From IMG/VR virus record IMGVR_UViG_3300032116_000277, positions 1 to 53,218 of that record: DNA of 53,218 bases, one strand, 5' to 3'. Positions 26,085 to 35,113 of the stretch are shown here, in pieces (the first letter of the stretch is position 1; every line of letters begins with the position of its first letter). The translations under genes and the position numbers were made by a program. The notes beneath the pieces are model-generated. The model saw nothing but the letters and a program-made list of their open reading frames with translations. It was not told the origin of the DNA and did no database searches. Source of the stretch: a virus. Its lineage: Duplodnaviria; Caudoviricetes.

Positions 26085-26606
26085 TTATGCTAATTGGAAG
26101 AAGTTGTTTGGTAGGAACCCAACTTCAATTAGCTTAGAGGCAATCATTTCTTGGCTAAGACCTAGTTCTTTAAAAGACTGTCTATTAATATGAGCTCTGT
26201 TATATCCTTTTACAGAACACATATCTTTTGCCATAGATGATTTGGGGAATAGTGTAGAAAGTAAACTGTTTACTCTACTGTCTAGGATCTCTTGCTTCCA
26301 GCGGTTTAGAAAGAATTGAGCCCGTCTGTGCAAGGAATTTATTCTTAGTACATCTTTTTGGGATAAACCCATGAGTTCTTCTTGGTCATAAGTTTTAATA
26401 CCATAGAGTACTTCAGAATAAAGCTTTTTCTGTGTCCTGTTAAAAACAGGTTTGTCAATCGGTTGATACTTTACCTTTCCAAATTGCTGAATTTCAGCTA
26501 CTTCTTTGGATTTGTAGGCTATGTATCTTGGCCGGCTGCCGTCTCCATAGGATATAAGTATACCCTTAGAGTTTGCTGTAATAGTTTTGTTAGGGTTGTT
26601 GGCCAT
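26085..26606 (-). CDS. Hypothetical protein
   Basis: 173-aa ORF. Confidence 0.7.
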   Translation of the reverse strand: MANNPNKTITANSKGILISYGDGSRPRYIAYKSKEVAEIQQFGKVKYQPIDKPVFNRTQKKLYSEVLYGIKTYDQEELMGLSQKDVLRINSLHRRAQFFLNRWKQEILDSRVNSLLSTLFPKSSMAKDMCSVKGYNRAHINRQSFKELGLSQEMIASKLIEVGFLPNNFFQLA

Positions 26607-26654
26607 ACATCTACAATTAGAGAGGTGAAGTTATACAATAATTACGAGTTCTAC

Positions 26655-26688
26655 AAAAAAAAGCCCAGGATTTCTCCTAGGCTTTTTT
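26655..26688. terminator. Bidirectional intrinsic terminator
   Basis: A-run, GCCCAGGA-TTTC-TCCTAGGC hairpin, T-run. Confidence 0.75.
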
Positions 26689-26708
26689 GTAGTTAGTTAC
26701 ACAAACAT

Positions 26709-27188
26709 TTATAATTCAGCAGGTTCTCCTGTCTGAGCTCTCTTTATTTTGAGGCTTGAAACAGCTCGCTGAGCAGCTTGTACTTCACGGATTTCTTCAC
26801 TATTTGTGTGCATAATGAGCTCATCCTGTAAGTTGTTATTAGTTGTGTAGAAAGACTGACGATAGATAGGTTGATCGTCAATACGGCATACTACACCTGT
26901 TTCACCTGCAATCTTAAGATCTTTGTCAGGATTTTCAGGATTAAAAGGGTTCAAAGATTCTACTACAATAACTTTACCATCAAGTTCTTGACCTTCGGTA
27001 AAACCTGTTTCCATTAGATCTTTTACAAGACCTTTAATAAGTGCTGAACGTTTGCTAACACGCAACCATCCTTGGTCATTAATAAATGAACCTGTTTGCT
27101 CAACCCGTACGTAACCGTAATCGGGGTTGTTTTCGGATACACCGATAACATTGCCGTTCTTGTCGGCAGTAACTACAACTTTACCCAT
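26709..27188 (-). CDS. Hypothetical protein, possibly OB-fold
   Basis: 159-aa beta-rich ORF. Confidence 0.7.
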   Translation of the reverse strand: MGKVVVTADKNGNVIGVSENNPDYGYVRVEQTGSFINDQGWLRVSKRSALIKGLVKDLMETGFTEGQELDGKVIVVESLNPFNPENPDKDLKIAGETGVVCRIDDQPIYRQSFYTTNNNLQDELIMHTNSEEIREVQAAQRAVSSLKIKRAQTGEPAEL

Positions 27189-27269
27189 TGTTTAGGTATT
27201 TAGTGATTAAAAAATAAAAGCCTCTGAAGTATATTACTCCAAAGGCTTCGTTACAAAATATTTACAAGA

Positions 27270-27533
27270 CTAGTCGTCTTCCGGTTTATAGTCTATATCC
27301 GTATAACTTATTTTATCTGTGTCAGGTATATCGGTTAAGTCAGGAAGTATATCGGGGGTATCCTCTGTGAAAGTAGTAGTATCTCTTTTATTAAGTACAG
27401 AGCCAAACCAAGGATCTTCCAGGGTGTCTCCGTAATTATATGCAATAAGGTACTCAAGTTCTTCATCGGACATTTCAACATACTGTTCTGTACTTATCTC
27501 AATTACCTTTCCGTTAGGTAACTGGTACAGCAT
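27270..27533 (-). CDS. Acidic hypothetical protein
   Basis: 87-aa ORF starting MLYQLPNGK. Confidence 0.7.
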   Translation of the reverse strand: MLYQLPNGKVIEISTEQYVEMSDEELEYLIAYNYGDTLEDPWFGSVLNKRDTTTFTEDTPDILPDLTDIPDTDKISYTDIDYKPEDD

Positions 27534-27610
27534 AGGGTTAGATTTGTTATAAAGCTAACCTCTATAATAATACTAACCAAGTTCTACAACAATAAGTTCG
27601 GATAATAGGG

Positions 27611-27787
27611 CTATAAGTTAGGCGTACGGTTCCTGCGAAGTAAGTCATTGAACCGCTTCTTCCAGTAGGCATTAGTTTTATTAATAGCCTCTTGTCTCTG
27701 CATCAGCTTTTCATAAAGCTCTTTATTTTCTTTCTCTAGCACTTTTATACGGGCACAAGGAAAGATCTTACTTAACAGTTTAGACAT
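27611..27787 (-). CDS. Small hypothetical protein (58 aa)
   Basis: MSKLLSKIFPCARIKVLEKENKELYEKLMQRQEAINKTNAYWKKR... Confidence 0.55.
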   Translation of the reverse strand: MSKLLSKIFPCARIKVLEKENKELYEKLMQRQEAINKTNAYWKKRFNDLLRRNRTPNL

Positions 27788-27792
27788 GCGTT

Positions 27793-28137
27793 TTAGTATT
27801 TTACATCTACGAACTCAGGAGTTACATATATACTCTTTGCATCTTTAAAGTACAAAGCTGTACCATTAACAACTAAAGTAAAAGTTTTATCTGTACTTGT
27901 TGTTAGTACAGGAGTTGTAGGTGTGTTGTTAGTGATTGTTCTGTTTTTTCTAACTTTTCTCTTCGTTGTTTTATACAACGGATTTAGTGCACCAGCTTTA
28001 ACAAGCTTTTTACGGAAATAGCAGGCATGTTGGTAGCTTACATTATTACTAGTTGCTACGTCAGAGAGGCTTCCTCCATTAATAAGATCTTGATTGATCT
28101 TTTGGATTTTCTGTTTGTCCAATTTGCTTTTGAACAT
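27793..28137 (-). CDS. HTH protein, paralogue of 28212..28577
   Basis: SLSDVATSNNVSYQHACYFR; C-terminal TFTLVVNGT...AKSI. Confidence 0.6.
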   Translation of the reverse strand: MFKSKLDKQKIQKINQDLINGGSLSDVATSNNVSYQHACYFRKKLVKAGALNPLYKTTKRKVRKNRTITNNTPTTPVLTTSTDKTFTLVVNGTALYFKDAKSIYVTPEFVDVKY

Positions 28138-28211
28138 GTTTTAGGATATTTAAGATTAAAAAAAAAGGTACAAGTTTTCTTGTACCTATTTAGTTTGTGA
28201 TAAGAGTTTAT

Positions 28212-28577
28212 TTAGAAATTTATTTCCATACTATCCTTATCAATGTTAATGTTTTTTGCGTGCCCAGATATTTGTACTGATGTTCCATTAACTATAAACT
28301 TGTAAGTATCACCACTAAGTGAGCTAGAAGAATCTACTGACTTTATTTGACCAATTGTTTTACTTGTTGATGGTCTTACATCAACAGAACCGGTCGGGCG
28401 TTTACCTCTAACTGAAGGAAAGTTAACTCCCTCAGCTTTAAATCTAGCTTTATAGTTATGTACGGATGATATTGCTACACCAAAGTGCTTGGCAATGTCT
28501 TCAGGAGCAGTTCCTTTTTGCACCATTTGTTTCATCTGTTCAACCTGATCTAAAGAAAGACGTTTTTTATTAGCCAT
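28212..28577 (-). CDS. HTH DNA-binding protein
   Basis: APEDIAKHFGVAISSVHNYK; C-terminal TYKFIVNGT...AKNI. Confidence 0.7.
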   Translation of the reverse strand: MANKKRLSLDQVEQMKQMVQKGTAPEDIAKHFGVAISSVHNYKARFKAEGVNFPSVRGKRPTGSVDVRPSTSKTIGQIKSVDSSSSLSGDTYKFIVNGTSVQISGHAKNINIDKDSMEINF

Positions 28578-28671
28578 ATTTATTGAATTATTTAGCCGTT
28601 ACAAAAATACATCTTTTCAAAAGATAATGGATTTGTGTATATTCACATGTGAATTTATTGACAAAACGCAA

Positions 28672-28767
28672 TGTAACTAACTGATAGTCAACACTGTTAT
28701 CTGCCTTACAAGCAGAGGGTCGGCGGTTCAAACCCGTCAACTCCCACTTGATAATCAGTAAGTTACA
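28672..28767 (+). mobile_element. attP: 3' half of tRNA-Val(TAC) (28699-28747) flanked by 20-bp imperfect inverted repeats
   Basis: ATCTGCCTTACAAGCAGAGGGTCGGCGGTTCAAACCCGTCAACTCCCAC comprises anticodon arm, T arm and 3' acceptor strand, with no 5' half. IRs TGTAACTAACTGATAGTCAA and TTGATAATCAGTAAGTTACA match at 17/20. Directly upstream of the integrase. Confidence 0.85.
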
Positions 28768-28792
28768 AGGTTTTTAACTAAAAAAGTTAGCC

Positions 28793-29662
28793 ATGTTTCT
28801 TACTAAATCTTTAGATTACGCTTTTTCAAAGCTAAAAGTGGAGCCACATACTAAGGAGTGTGTGGCTTCTTCATTAAAGTATATCCAACTTTCTATACGG
28901 GCCCTGGGATATAATCAGGTAGAAGCACATCGTATAAAGCGTAAGCATATTCGTTTTATCATGGATCACTGTGAACAGGAAAGAAACCTTTCTGCCCGTA
29001 GCTGGAACGCTTACAGAACCTATCTTGCTATGCTGTTTGAACAGCTGTTGGACTATGAGCTGGTGGAAGAAAATCCAGTGCTACAACTCCGTAAAAAGCA
29101 GGAAGATGAGGTTGTGCGTACCATTCTGACGCTAGAACAAAGAAAATTACTGATAGAACACTTAAAAGAAACCGATCCGGTGTTCTTAAGGTTTATACAA
29201 ATCTTCTTTCACTCTGGTGCCAGGCGTACTGAGCTACTAAGTTTACGTATAGAAAACACATACTTGGATAAAGGATATTACCAGGTCTTTGTCAAAAAGG
29301 GACGAAAGAAACGCTGGGTAACCAAGGTAATTAAGGAAATAGCCCTGCCCTTCTGGAGGGAACAGATTGGTAATCACATATCCGGTTATATATTTTCTAT
29401 AGGCTTATTACCTGGTGATAAACCCATTCGTCCAGAACAGGTTACCCGCAGGTGGAAACGTCATGTAAAAGATAAACTTGACATTACAGCAGATCTGTAC
29501 AGTTTGAAGCATCTCAATACAGATGAGGTATCATCTGAGCTTTCTCTTATGGAGGCAGCTAAGCATAACTCTCACTCTGTTCAGATGGCCAAAAAACATT
29601 ATGCTGTTAATGAAACGTTGCGTGAATTGGAAAGAGTTAGGAAGATTAAGAATGAGCTTTAA
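28793..29662 (+). CDS. int: Tyrosine recombinase / integrase
   Basis: SAM-like N-terminal part (SARSWNAYRTYL..ENP), HSGARRTELL, LYSLKH, H...KHYA; adjacent att core. Confidence 0.88.
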   Translation: MFLTKSLDYAFSKLKVEPHTKECVASSLKYIQLSIRALGYNQVEAHRIKRKHIRFIMDHCEQERNLSARSWNAYRTYLAMLFEQLLDYELVEENPVLQLRKKQEDEVVRTILTLEQRKLLIEHLKETDPVFLRFIQIFFHSGARRTELLSLRIENTYLDKGYYQVFVKKGRKKRWVTKVIKEIALPFWREQIGNHISGYIFSIGLLPGDKPIRPEQVTRRWKRHVKDKLDITADLYSLKHLNTDEVSSELSLMEAAKHNSHSVQMAKKHYAVNETLRELERVRKIKNEL

Positions 29663-30191
29663 CAAACTTACTTAGTAATCCGCTAAACCTTCCGCTTATA
29701 CTATCAGCACCTGACATAGTCTGATCTTCTATAAGATCAATATGGTCTACTAGGTCACCTTCTTCGTTGACTTGTTTACCCATGCGTTTAATATCATAGA
29801 CAATTGCTTCTGTCTTGTGTTTAAACTCCAGGTTAATAAACAGTACTTCTCTTTTGATGGGAAGATCCTTCCAGTTATCTGGAAGTTTATCATCTTTAGG
29901 TGATGTTCTAACCCAGGCTTCTGTTGCCCAGCCTACACCATAAGGTATAAACTTTTCATGTATACTGTCAGCTATACCGGGTAAGACAACATCAACGAAC
30001 TTATCTTTCATGTCTTCTGACTTTAGAAACTCGTCAGGTATAGGGATGTGGATGATGGCATCTTTATCATTACCATCTTTATGTGCACCGAATACGGTGA
30101 CGTGAGGAAACAGGTCTCCTACAGAAAGCATATATCTCTTGATATTGTCAAGATATCCTTTCTTGATTTCTTCATATTTTTCTTCTGTCAT
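29646..30191 (-). CDS. Hypothetical protein
   Basis: 181-aa ORF with an EAW motif. Confidence 0.7.
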   Translation of the reverse strand: MTEEKYEEIKKGYLDNIKRYMLSVGDLFPHVTVFGAHKDGNDKDAIIHIPIPDEFLKSEDMKDKFVDVVLPGIADSIHEKFIPYGVGWATEAWVRTSPKDDKLPDNWKDLPIKREVLFINLEFKHKTEAIVYDIKRMGKQVNEEGDLVDHIDLIEDQTMSGADSISGRFSGLLSKFVKAHS

Positions 30192-30202
30192 AAGACTTAA
30201 GA

Positions 30203-31234
30203 TTAAAATACCAGATCCTGGTTAGCAAATGCCTTATGTACTTTAACAGCTTTTTCCATGACGTAAACTTTTGTAATGTCTACCTGCTCCTCATCATCAA
30301 AGTAGCTAACAATGACCTGATTTGCAGAGAGTACCTTTACAATGTTACCCATGTAACGGCTGTTGATACGGAAGTCACTGCCGGTTGAATAATCATTTAA
30401 GTATGATGGACTAACTGTAGCATATGTACCAGCTTCTTCTTTCTTGCCGTCTACCAGCTCATAAACATTATAAAGTTCCTCACGGTCAGAGTGGATGTTA
30501 AATACATCTCTGAAGTTTGCAGGATCTTCATTGTGAATGTTTACTTCCTCCACTATGGACTTGATAAGATCCATTGTAATGATGGGAAGCTCACTGATAA
30601 ACTTTACAGTCACATCATAGAGATGCTTATGCGTGAGTTTATCATTTACCACTTCCATGATTACCGGTAAAGTAAGATCAGAAAAAGTTTTTACATAACG
30701 TACACGGCTTGGACGCTGTAAAAGATTACGGTCCACCCTGAGTTCATTGGTAGTTAACAAGAAGAACAGTCTGTGCTTTGTCTTCAAAGCTCCGTCCATT
30801 ACGGTGAGCAGTTTGTTTTCCCATCCGTCGTAGATCTTTTCAAACTCATCTATAAAGATGATAACGTCCTGCTGGATGTCGTTTAGAAAAGAGATCACAG
30901 ACTTGTGGTGAAAAGAGACAATGATTACAGGCAGTTCCAGCCTATTTGCTATGAGTTCAGCAGTTACTGTTTTGCCGGTACCTTTAAGCCCATTGAGGAT
31001 AACACCAAAGTTGCCGTTGGTTTTTCCCCATGATGTTACTACGCGGTCAATAAACTCTGTTTCTACTCCGTATACTTTGTACGGGAAATAGAATTCATCC
31101 TGTACCCTAGATAAGAAAGGGTTTTCAAATACGTCTACCTGGAATTTATAAACTCCTTTTGGTAACATTGGTTTCTGCGTAGACACTTCTCTGAGTGAAT
31201 AGTTGTTTGCAGATTCTACCCATACATTGTTCAT
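30203..31234 (-). CDS. AAA+ ATPase
   Basis: NGLKGTGKT, IFIDEFEK, LLTVMDG, LLTTN, RPSRVRY. Confidence 0.85.
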   Translation of the reverse strand: MNNVWVESANNYSLREVSTQKPMLPKGVYKFQVDVFENPFLSRVQDEFYFPYKVYGVETEFIDRVVTSWGKTNGNFGVILNGLKGTGKTVTAELIANRLELPVIIVSFHHKSVISFLNDIQQDVIIFIDEFEKIYDGWENKLLTVMDGALKTKHRLFFLLTTNELRVDRNLLQRPSRVRYVKTFSDLTLPVIMEVVNDKLTHKHLYDVTVKFISELPIITMDLIKSIVEEVNIHNEDPANFRDVFNIHSDREELYNVYELVDGKKEEAGTYATVSPSYLNDYSTGSDFRINSRYMGNIVKVLSANQVIVSYFDDEEQVDITKVYVMEKAVKVHKAFANQDLVF

Positions 31235-31249
31235 AGTTATAATTGGTTT

Positions 31250-31834
31250 TTAGTCCCACCAGTGGTTTAGTTTGTAATGCATGAGCTTCCAAAAGATACG
31301 CTCACACTTTTGTTGGTTGTAATCAGATACTCTAAAAGCTAGTTTTTCTGTATCTGCTACTTTTAGTTTATACTTCTTACGAAGTTTCTTGGCTGTACGT
31401 TTATACTTAGCCAGATAGTCTTCAAGATTGTCTTCTAGGATGGTATCTTCCATGGTGAGGTAATCACCTGTAGCATCAGCCGGTACGAACTCATATGATT
31501 TCTTTAGATAATCATACATTTCAAGTTCGTAATAGCTCTGCTTTATACGCTCTAGCAGATTAAGTGCTAGAGTAATGTCTTTATTTACAGCTTCTACGCC
31601 AACAAACCGGTTAGCTGTTACGAGTTCTTCTCTCATAAACTCTAACTTCTTCTGTAATAGGTCGGTAATAAAACTGTGGTCCCAATGACGGTCCCGGTAG
31701 ATAGTTGGCATCCATCTAATAATATTGTACAGTCCCTGAAAGAACTGTTTAATAAAGATTGGCACGTATCCGAGCCATTTGTTTCTGCCCCAGGCTGAGT
31801 CATCAGGTACTGGTAGTTGATGATACTGTTTCAT
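31250..31834 (-). CDS. Hypothetical protein (likely start MKQYHQ at 31834)
   Basis: IYRDRHWDHSFI..LL..KLE; ends WWD. Confidence 0.7.
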   Translation of the reverse strand: MKQYHQLPVPDDSAWGRNKWLGYVPIFIKQFFQGLYNIIRWMPTIYRDRHWDHSFITDLLQKKLEFMREELVTANRFVGVEAVNKDITLALNLLERIKQSYYELEMYDYLKKSYEFVPADATGDYLTMEDTILEDNLEDYLAKYKRTAKKLRKKYKLKVADTEKLAFRVSDYNQQKCERIFWKLMHYKLNHWWD

Positions 31835-31970
31835 CTGTACTGATTTGTTCTGTACTGCAAGTTTCACCTTGACAGCAGGGTTGGATATTGTTCTTACAAA
31901 CACTACATTGTATGTGTCCGTGAACATCTACTGGAATGTATGGATGGTTACATACGGGACATAGATTCAT
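31803..31970 (-). CDS. Small Cys/His-rich Zn-finger protein (55 aa)
   Basis: MNLCPVC...VHGHIQCSVC....PCCQGE. Confidence 0.6.
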   Translation of the reverse strand: MNLCPVCNHPYIPVDVHGHIQCSVCKNNIQPCCQGETCSTEQISTDETVSSTTST

Positions 31971-32080
31971 AAGCTAATTACTATTAGTATGATTATTGTA
32001 ATAACAAGACCAAGCATTGATATAAACGCAATAGTCTCATTTGTTTCCTGTTGATCAGGACGTCTACCTTGGTTATTCAT
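31967..32080 (-). CDS. Small membrane peptide (37 aa)
   Basis: MNNQGRRPDQQETNETIAFISMLGLVITIIILIVISL; ATGA-coupled to the next gene. Confidence 0.5.
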   Translation of the reverse strand: MNNQGRRPDQQETNETIAFISMLGLVITIIILIVISL

Positions 32081-32154
32081 AGGTATAGGATTTTAAAATA
32101 AAACCAGGGTGTAGAAACACCCCGGTAACGATTGCTTGCTTGCCATTAAGGCAG

Positions 32155-32198
32155 TAAAGATGAGAGGACTTGAACCTCTTGATATACCTATCATCTTT
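32155..32198 (-). ncRNA. tRNA-like minihelix element (acceptor stem plus T-arm only)
   Basis: AAAGAUG-AUAGGUAUAUCA-AGAGG-UUCAAGU-CCUCU-CAUCUUU-A. Confidence 0.55.
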
Positions 32199-32448
32199 AT
32201 TTAACACTCTTATTTTATCCAGCTTACAAGTGTTTTGGCTGTCCCCACAGGAGGCTGACTTTCCTCCACTGCTATTTTTTCTAAGGTGGGTTAGGAATAA
32301 GTATTTTAGTTTGACCCCAGGTTACCAACCTGCTGTTACTAAGTAACCGCCACTTGACCATATATGCAGCTAGCATACTTCTCATCGTCTAGATCCAGAC
32401 TATCCGGTAGCATATCCGGATCGTATCTTTTACTAGGTAATAAATTTA

Positions 32449-32604
32449 TTACCTGTCAATAATCACAAAATCTATACTCCATCTAAGCCACACTATTTCT
32501 ATAGACAGCATGCATAAGTCACCTTCAAAAAATCTATCGTGCATAACACGTAAAGTAGGTGTGATATAAGTGCTGTTATAGTTTTTAGATACTTGTAATT
32601 TCAT
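32449..32604 (-). CDS. Small hypothetical protein (51 aa)
   Basis: MKLQVSKNYNSTYITPTLRV...IEIVWLRWSIDFVIIDR. Confidence 0.5.
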   Translation of the reverse strand: MKLQVSKNYNSTYITPTLRVMHDRFFEGDLCMLSIEIVWLRWSIDFVIIDR

Positions 32605-32619
32605 ATAGAGAGTTTAAAA

Positions 32620-33210
32620 AGGTGGTATACTTGTGATGCATACCAGATCCCATCTGAATTGACGCCACAGATACGGTATGACGGCATCTAGTTAAAGTCT
32701 ATTAGCTAGACTGTTCATTAAAAGTTTTTAAAGTCTATCTGAGGGACTACCTTTGAAGGTTGCCATCAGACAGGCTACTAGGTTAAACAATGCTCGTGAA
32801 CCGGTTACATGGTTTTTGGGGTTCTTCACCTTAATACCAAGGAGTATGTAGTAGCGGTTTTATCTACGGTATACTCTTAACTTTACAGTACTGATTGAGT
32901 AACGACTTCGCGGTCACAGGAGGTTATCTTAGATAGGCTCCTCAGATCAGACTTTTTGATTATTGACTACCATAACAGGTCAATGCTGGCCAAAGGCCAC
33001 TTGTCTTATATGACGTTATTATGATCAGACAAAAAGTTTGGCTATTAGATAGACACTATACCTTGGTTTCAGTCAATAAAGCCTACTTTGATGGTACATA
33101 GAAAAGACTTAGACCATGGGGAGCACGTGCATATAGGCCAGCTCGTTTAGGTTTTGTTTGAGTTTGGTCAAACCCAAACTAAGTCTTAGCTGTGGTTATC
33201 TAATCAGCCA
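32620..33210 (-). ncRNA. Candidate large structured ncRNA
   Basis: No ORF of 60 aa or more; long-range complementary pairs GTCTATCT/AGATAGAC, ACCAAGG/CCTTGGT, ACTTTTTG/CAAAAAGT, AAGACTTAG/CTAAGTCTT. Strand inferred from flanking genes. Confidence 0.4.
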
Positions 33211-33212
33211 AT

Positions 33213-33512
33213 TTATTTTAGAACAACAGTAACCTTACTTAAACCACGTCCACGATTAATTCGTGATATGATCTGTTTAGTTTCTAGTTCTTTCAAAGAA
33301 CGTTTAACAGTAATAGGTGTGATGTTTAATTCTGAAGCCATCTTTAAAACACTGACAGTTAATTGGTTATTTATACTATCAGCAAAAGTGCACAGATAAG
33401 CATACACAGCCTTATCACGTATTTTTAAATTAGGATCTCTCATTACAGTACTGGTGCACTGACCAAACCCACCTTTTAATCTACTGTTCTGATATATCAT
33501 ATTGTAGAACAA
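33213..33512 (-). CDS. Winged-HTH protein (HTH_36-like)
   Basis: LKIRDKAVYAYLC...SVLKMASELNITPITVKRSLKELE...ISR. Confidence 0.75.
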   Translation of the reverse strand: MFYNMIYQNSRLKGGFGQCTSTVMRDPNLKIRDKAVYAYLCTFADSINNQLTVSVLKMASELNITPITVKRSLKELETKQIISRINRGRGLSKVTVVLK

Positions 33513-33544
33513 TATTAGAGAACTTTTTTGACTTCTACAAATAA

Positions 33545-33900
33545 ATGTACCAGGAAAGTCCCACTAGGGGACCCCCGGTACTTACCAACCCTAATCCTCA
33601 TTAGTTAAATAGTAAAAAGAGCCGGCTTGACGTACCGGCTGTGCTGAGTTTCCTACATCTGAGCAGCTAAGCTGCCAGGTTCAGTATTGTATAACTACTT
33701 GCTTGGCGTATTCTGGCTAACATGAACCTAGTTCAATGCAGTATACAAGCGTTTGTTGCCCCCTTTACGACAGGCGTTACTACGTACACAGTAAATGCGG
33801 TAGCTTTTTCCTCCTGTATCAGCTCATGGTTGATCAGTATCCTAGTACCAGGGTTAGGGTAAGAGCGTGCCCACGCTAGCTTGTGCTAGCCTCACCGAGT
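33545..33900 (-). ncRNA. Candidate structured ncRNA ending in a terminator-like hairpin
   Basis: GC-richer, hairpin-dense intergenic sequence; AGCCGG-uacgucaag-CCGGCU followed by a U-run on the minus strand. Confidence 0.35.
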
Positions 33901-34227
33901 TTAATTATGTTTACCAAACTTAAGTACAAGATTAGTAACACCGTTTACTTTTCTAATCTCCCAGTTATTAATAGGGATAATAAACTCACCTTTTCTAAAA
34001 GTTGAGCTTTTGTAATTAGAATCAGTAGTTGGATTACTTACTGTTTTTCCAAGTTTAGATCTTTGATCGTATACATACTGTCTTAAACTACCAACAGTTC
34101 TGTTAAGTTCTTTAGCAGTTTTTTCAAGATAGTCTTGAGTAAGTTTAATTTGACCTTGAATAGCAGGTTTCAGAGTGTTGTACTCTGATTCAGAATAAAA
34201 GCGGATTGTTCTTTTAGCTTTTTTCAT
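33901..34227 (-). CDS. Hypothetical protein, possibly HTH
   Basis: LEKTAKELNRTVGSLRQYVY. Confidence 0.6.
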   Translation of the reverse strand: MKKAKRTIRFYSESEYNTLKPAIQGQIKLTQDYLEKTAKELNRTVGSLRQYVYDQRSKLGKTVSNPTTDSNYKSSTFRKGEFIIPINNWEIRKVNGVTNLVLKFGKHN

Positions 34228-34246
34228 TTGGATTGGATTTTATTTT

Positions 34247-34837
34247 TTAAAAATTGGTTTGATCAGTAATACTAATCATTGGCACAGTGTCTTTGTATAT
34301 ATAACACTGGTATTCCTTTGTTACTGTTTTAAGAACATAGGATTTGTACTTTGAATACTTGTCACAGTGACTATACATAAGTTTAAGTTCAGGATGCAGA
34401 GTATTATCTATTAGTTTGGCAAACTGTTTTATAGTTTTATCAAGGCCAATTGGTCTTATAGATAATGTAAAACATACATTCTTAGTAAACTTAGGTATAT
34501 GTAAGCGTGCGTTATTAATACTGCAGCAGAAGTCAAGATCGTAAAAAGTATTTGGTTGATTAGCGGTGGCATGATAAACATCTGAGTATCTTATTTCACT
34601 ATCTATTACAGGCATATAGTGATCTAGTTGCAAAGTAAGCTTAGACATATCGTATTCATATATCTCTGCACTTTTAACTTTATATGACCGTAATAAAAGT
34701 AGATAATCAGTGATGTTTGGTCCTCCAAGACCTACAACCTTGTTTAGTTTATTCCATTTAAGCTTTTCGTATATGCTGGCTTGTACTGCACGTTTGTTTA
34801 TTGACTGAGTATAATCAGTTTTATGTGAGTAAGGCAT
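34247..34837 (-). CDS. Putative SAM-dependent methyltransferase-like fold protein
   Basis: VVGLGGP, EIYEYD, FYDLDFC spacing resembles class I MTase motifs; weak. Confidence 0.35.
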   Translation of the reverse strand: MPYSHKTDYTQSINKRAVQASIYEKLKWNKLNKVVGLGGPNITDYLLLLRSYKVKSAEIYEYDMSKLTLQLDHYMPVIDSEIRYSDVYHATANQPNTFYDLDFCCSINNARLHIPKFTKNVCFTLSIRPIGLDKTIKQFAKLIDNTLHPELKLMYSHCDKYSKYKSYVLKTVTKEYQCYIYKDTVPMISITDQTNF

Positions 34838-35113
34838 AGAATGAATATTGGGTTAGAAAAGTTACGGTTTAAAGCTTACCGTAAACTGCCCATTGAATGA
34901 AGTCCAACGGGTCTAAGTCCTTTAATAAAGGTCACATGTGCACAGATAGTTTACCATGCATCATGCTTACCCGAAACTCTTTACACCATTCTGAGTATGG
35001 TGGTGGGTTTTCGGGATAGGTGGATTTAAACGTGCTGATACACAGCTTTTGGTTTTCACAGGAGGCTTTGGATATACCGAGCCAAGTAAGTAGTGTTTTC
35101 ATATAAGGATAAA

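Noticed and set aside
28699-28747. Functional tRNA-Val gene
   Set aside because: The 5' acceptor strand and D arm are absent; it is better explained as an att core.
32240-32256. HDV/theta-like ribozyme suggested by AGCCUCCU
   Set aside because: P3, P1 and P1.1 pairings could not be completed in any copy of the motif.
32257-32266. RNase P RNA signature GAGGAAAGUC on the minus strand (also GGAAAGTCC at about 33553 on plus)
   Set aside because: It sits in a local hairpin (GGAGG/CCUCC), and no properly spaced, fully pairing 3' P4 strand or room for a ~300-nt RNA was found.
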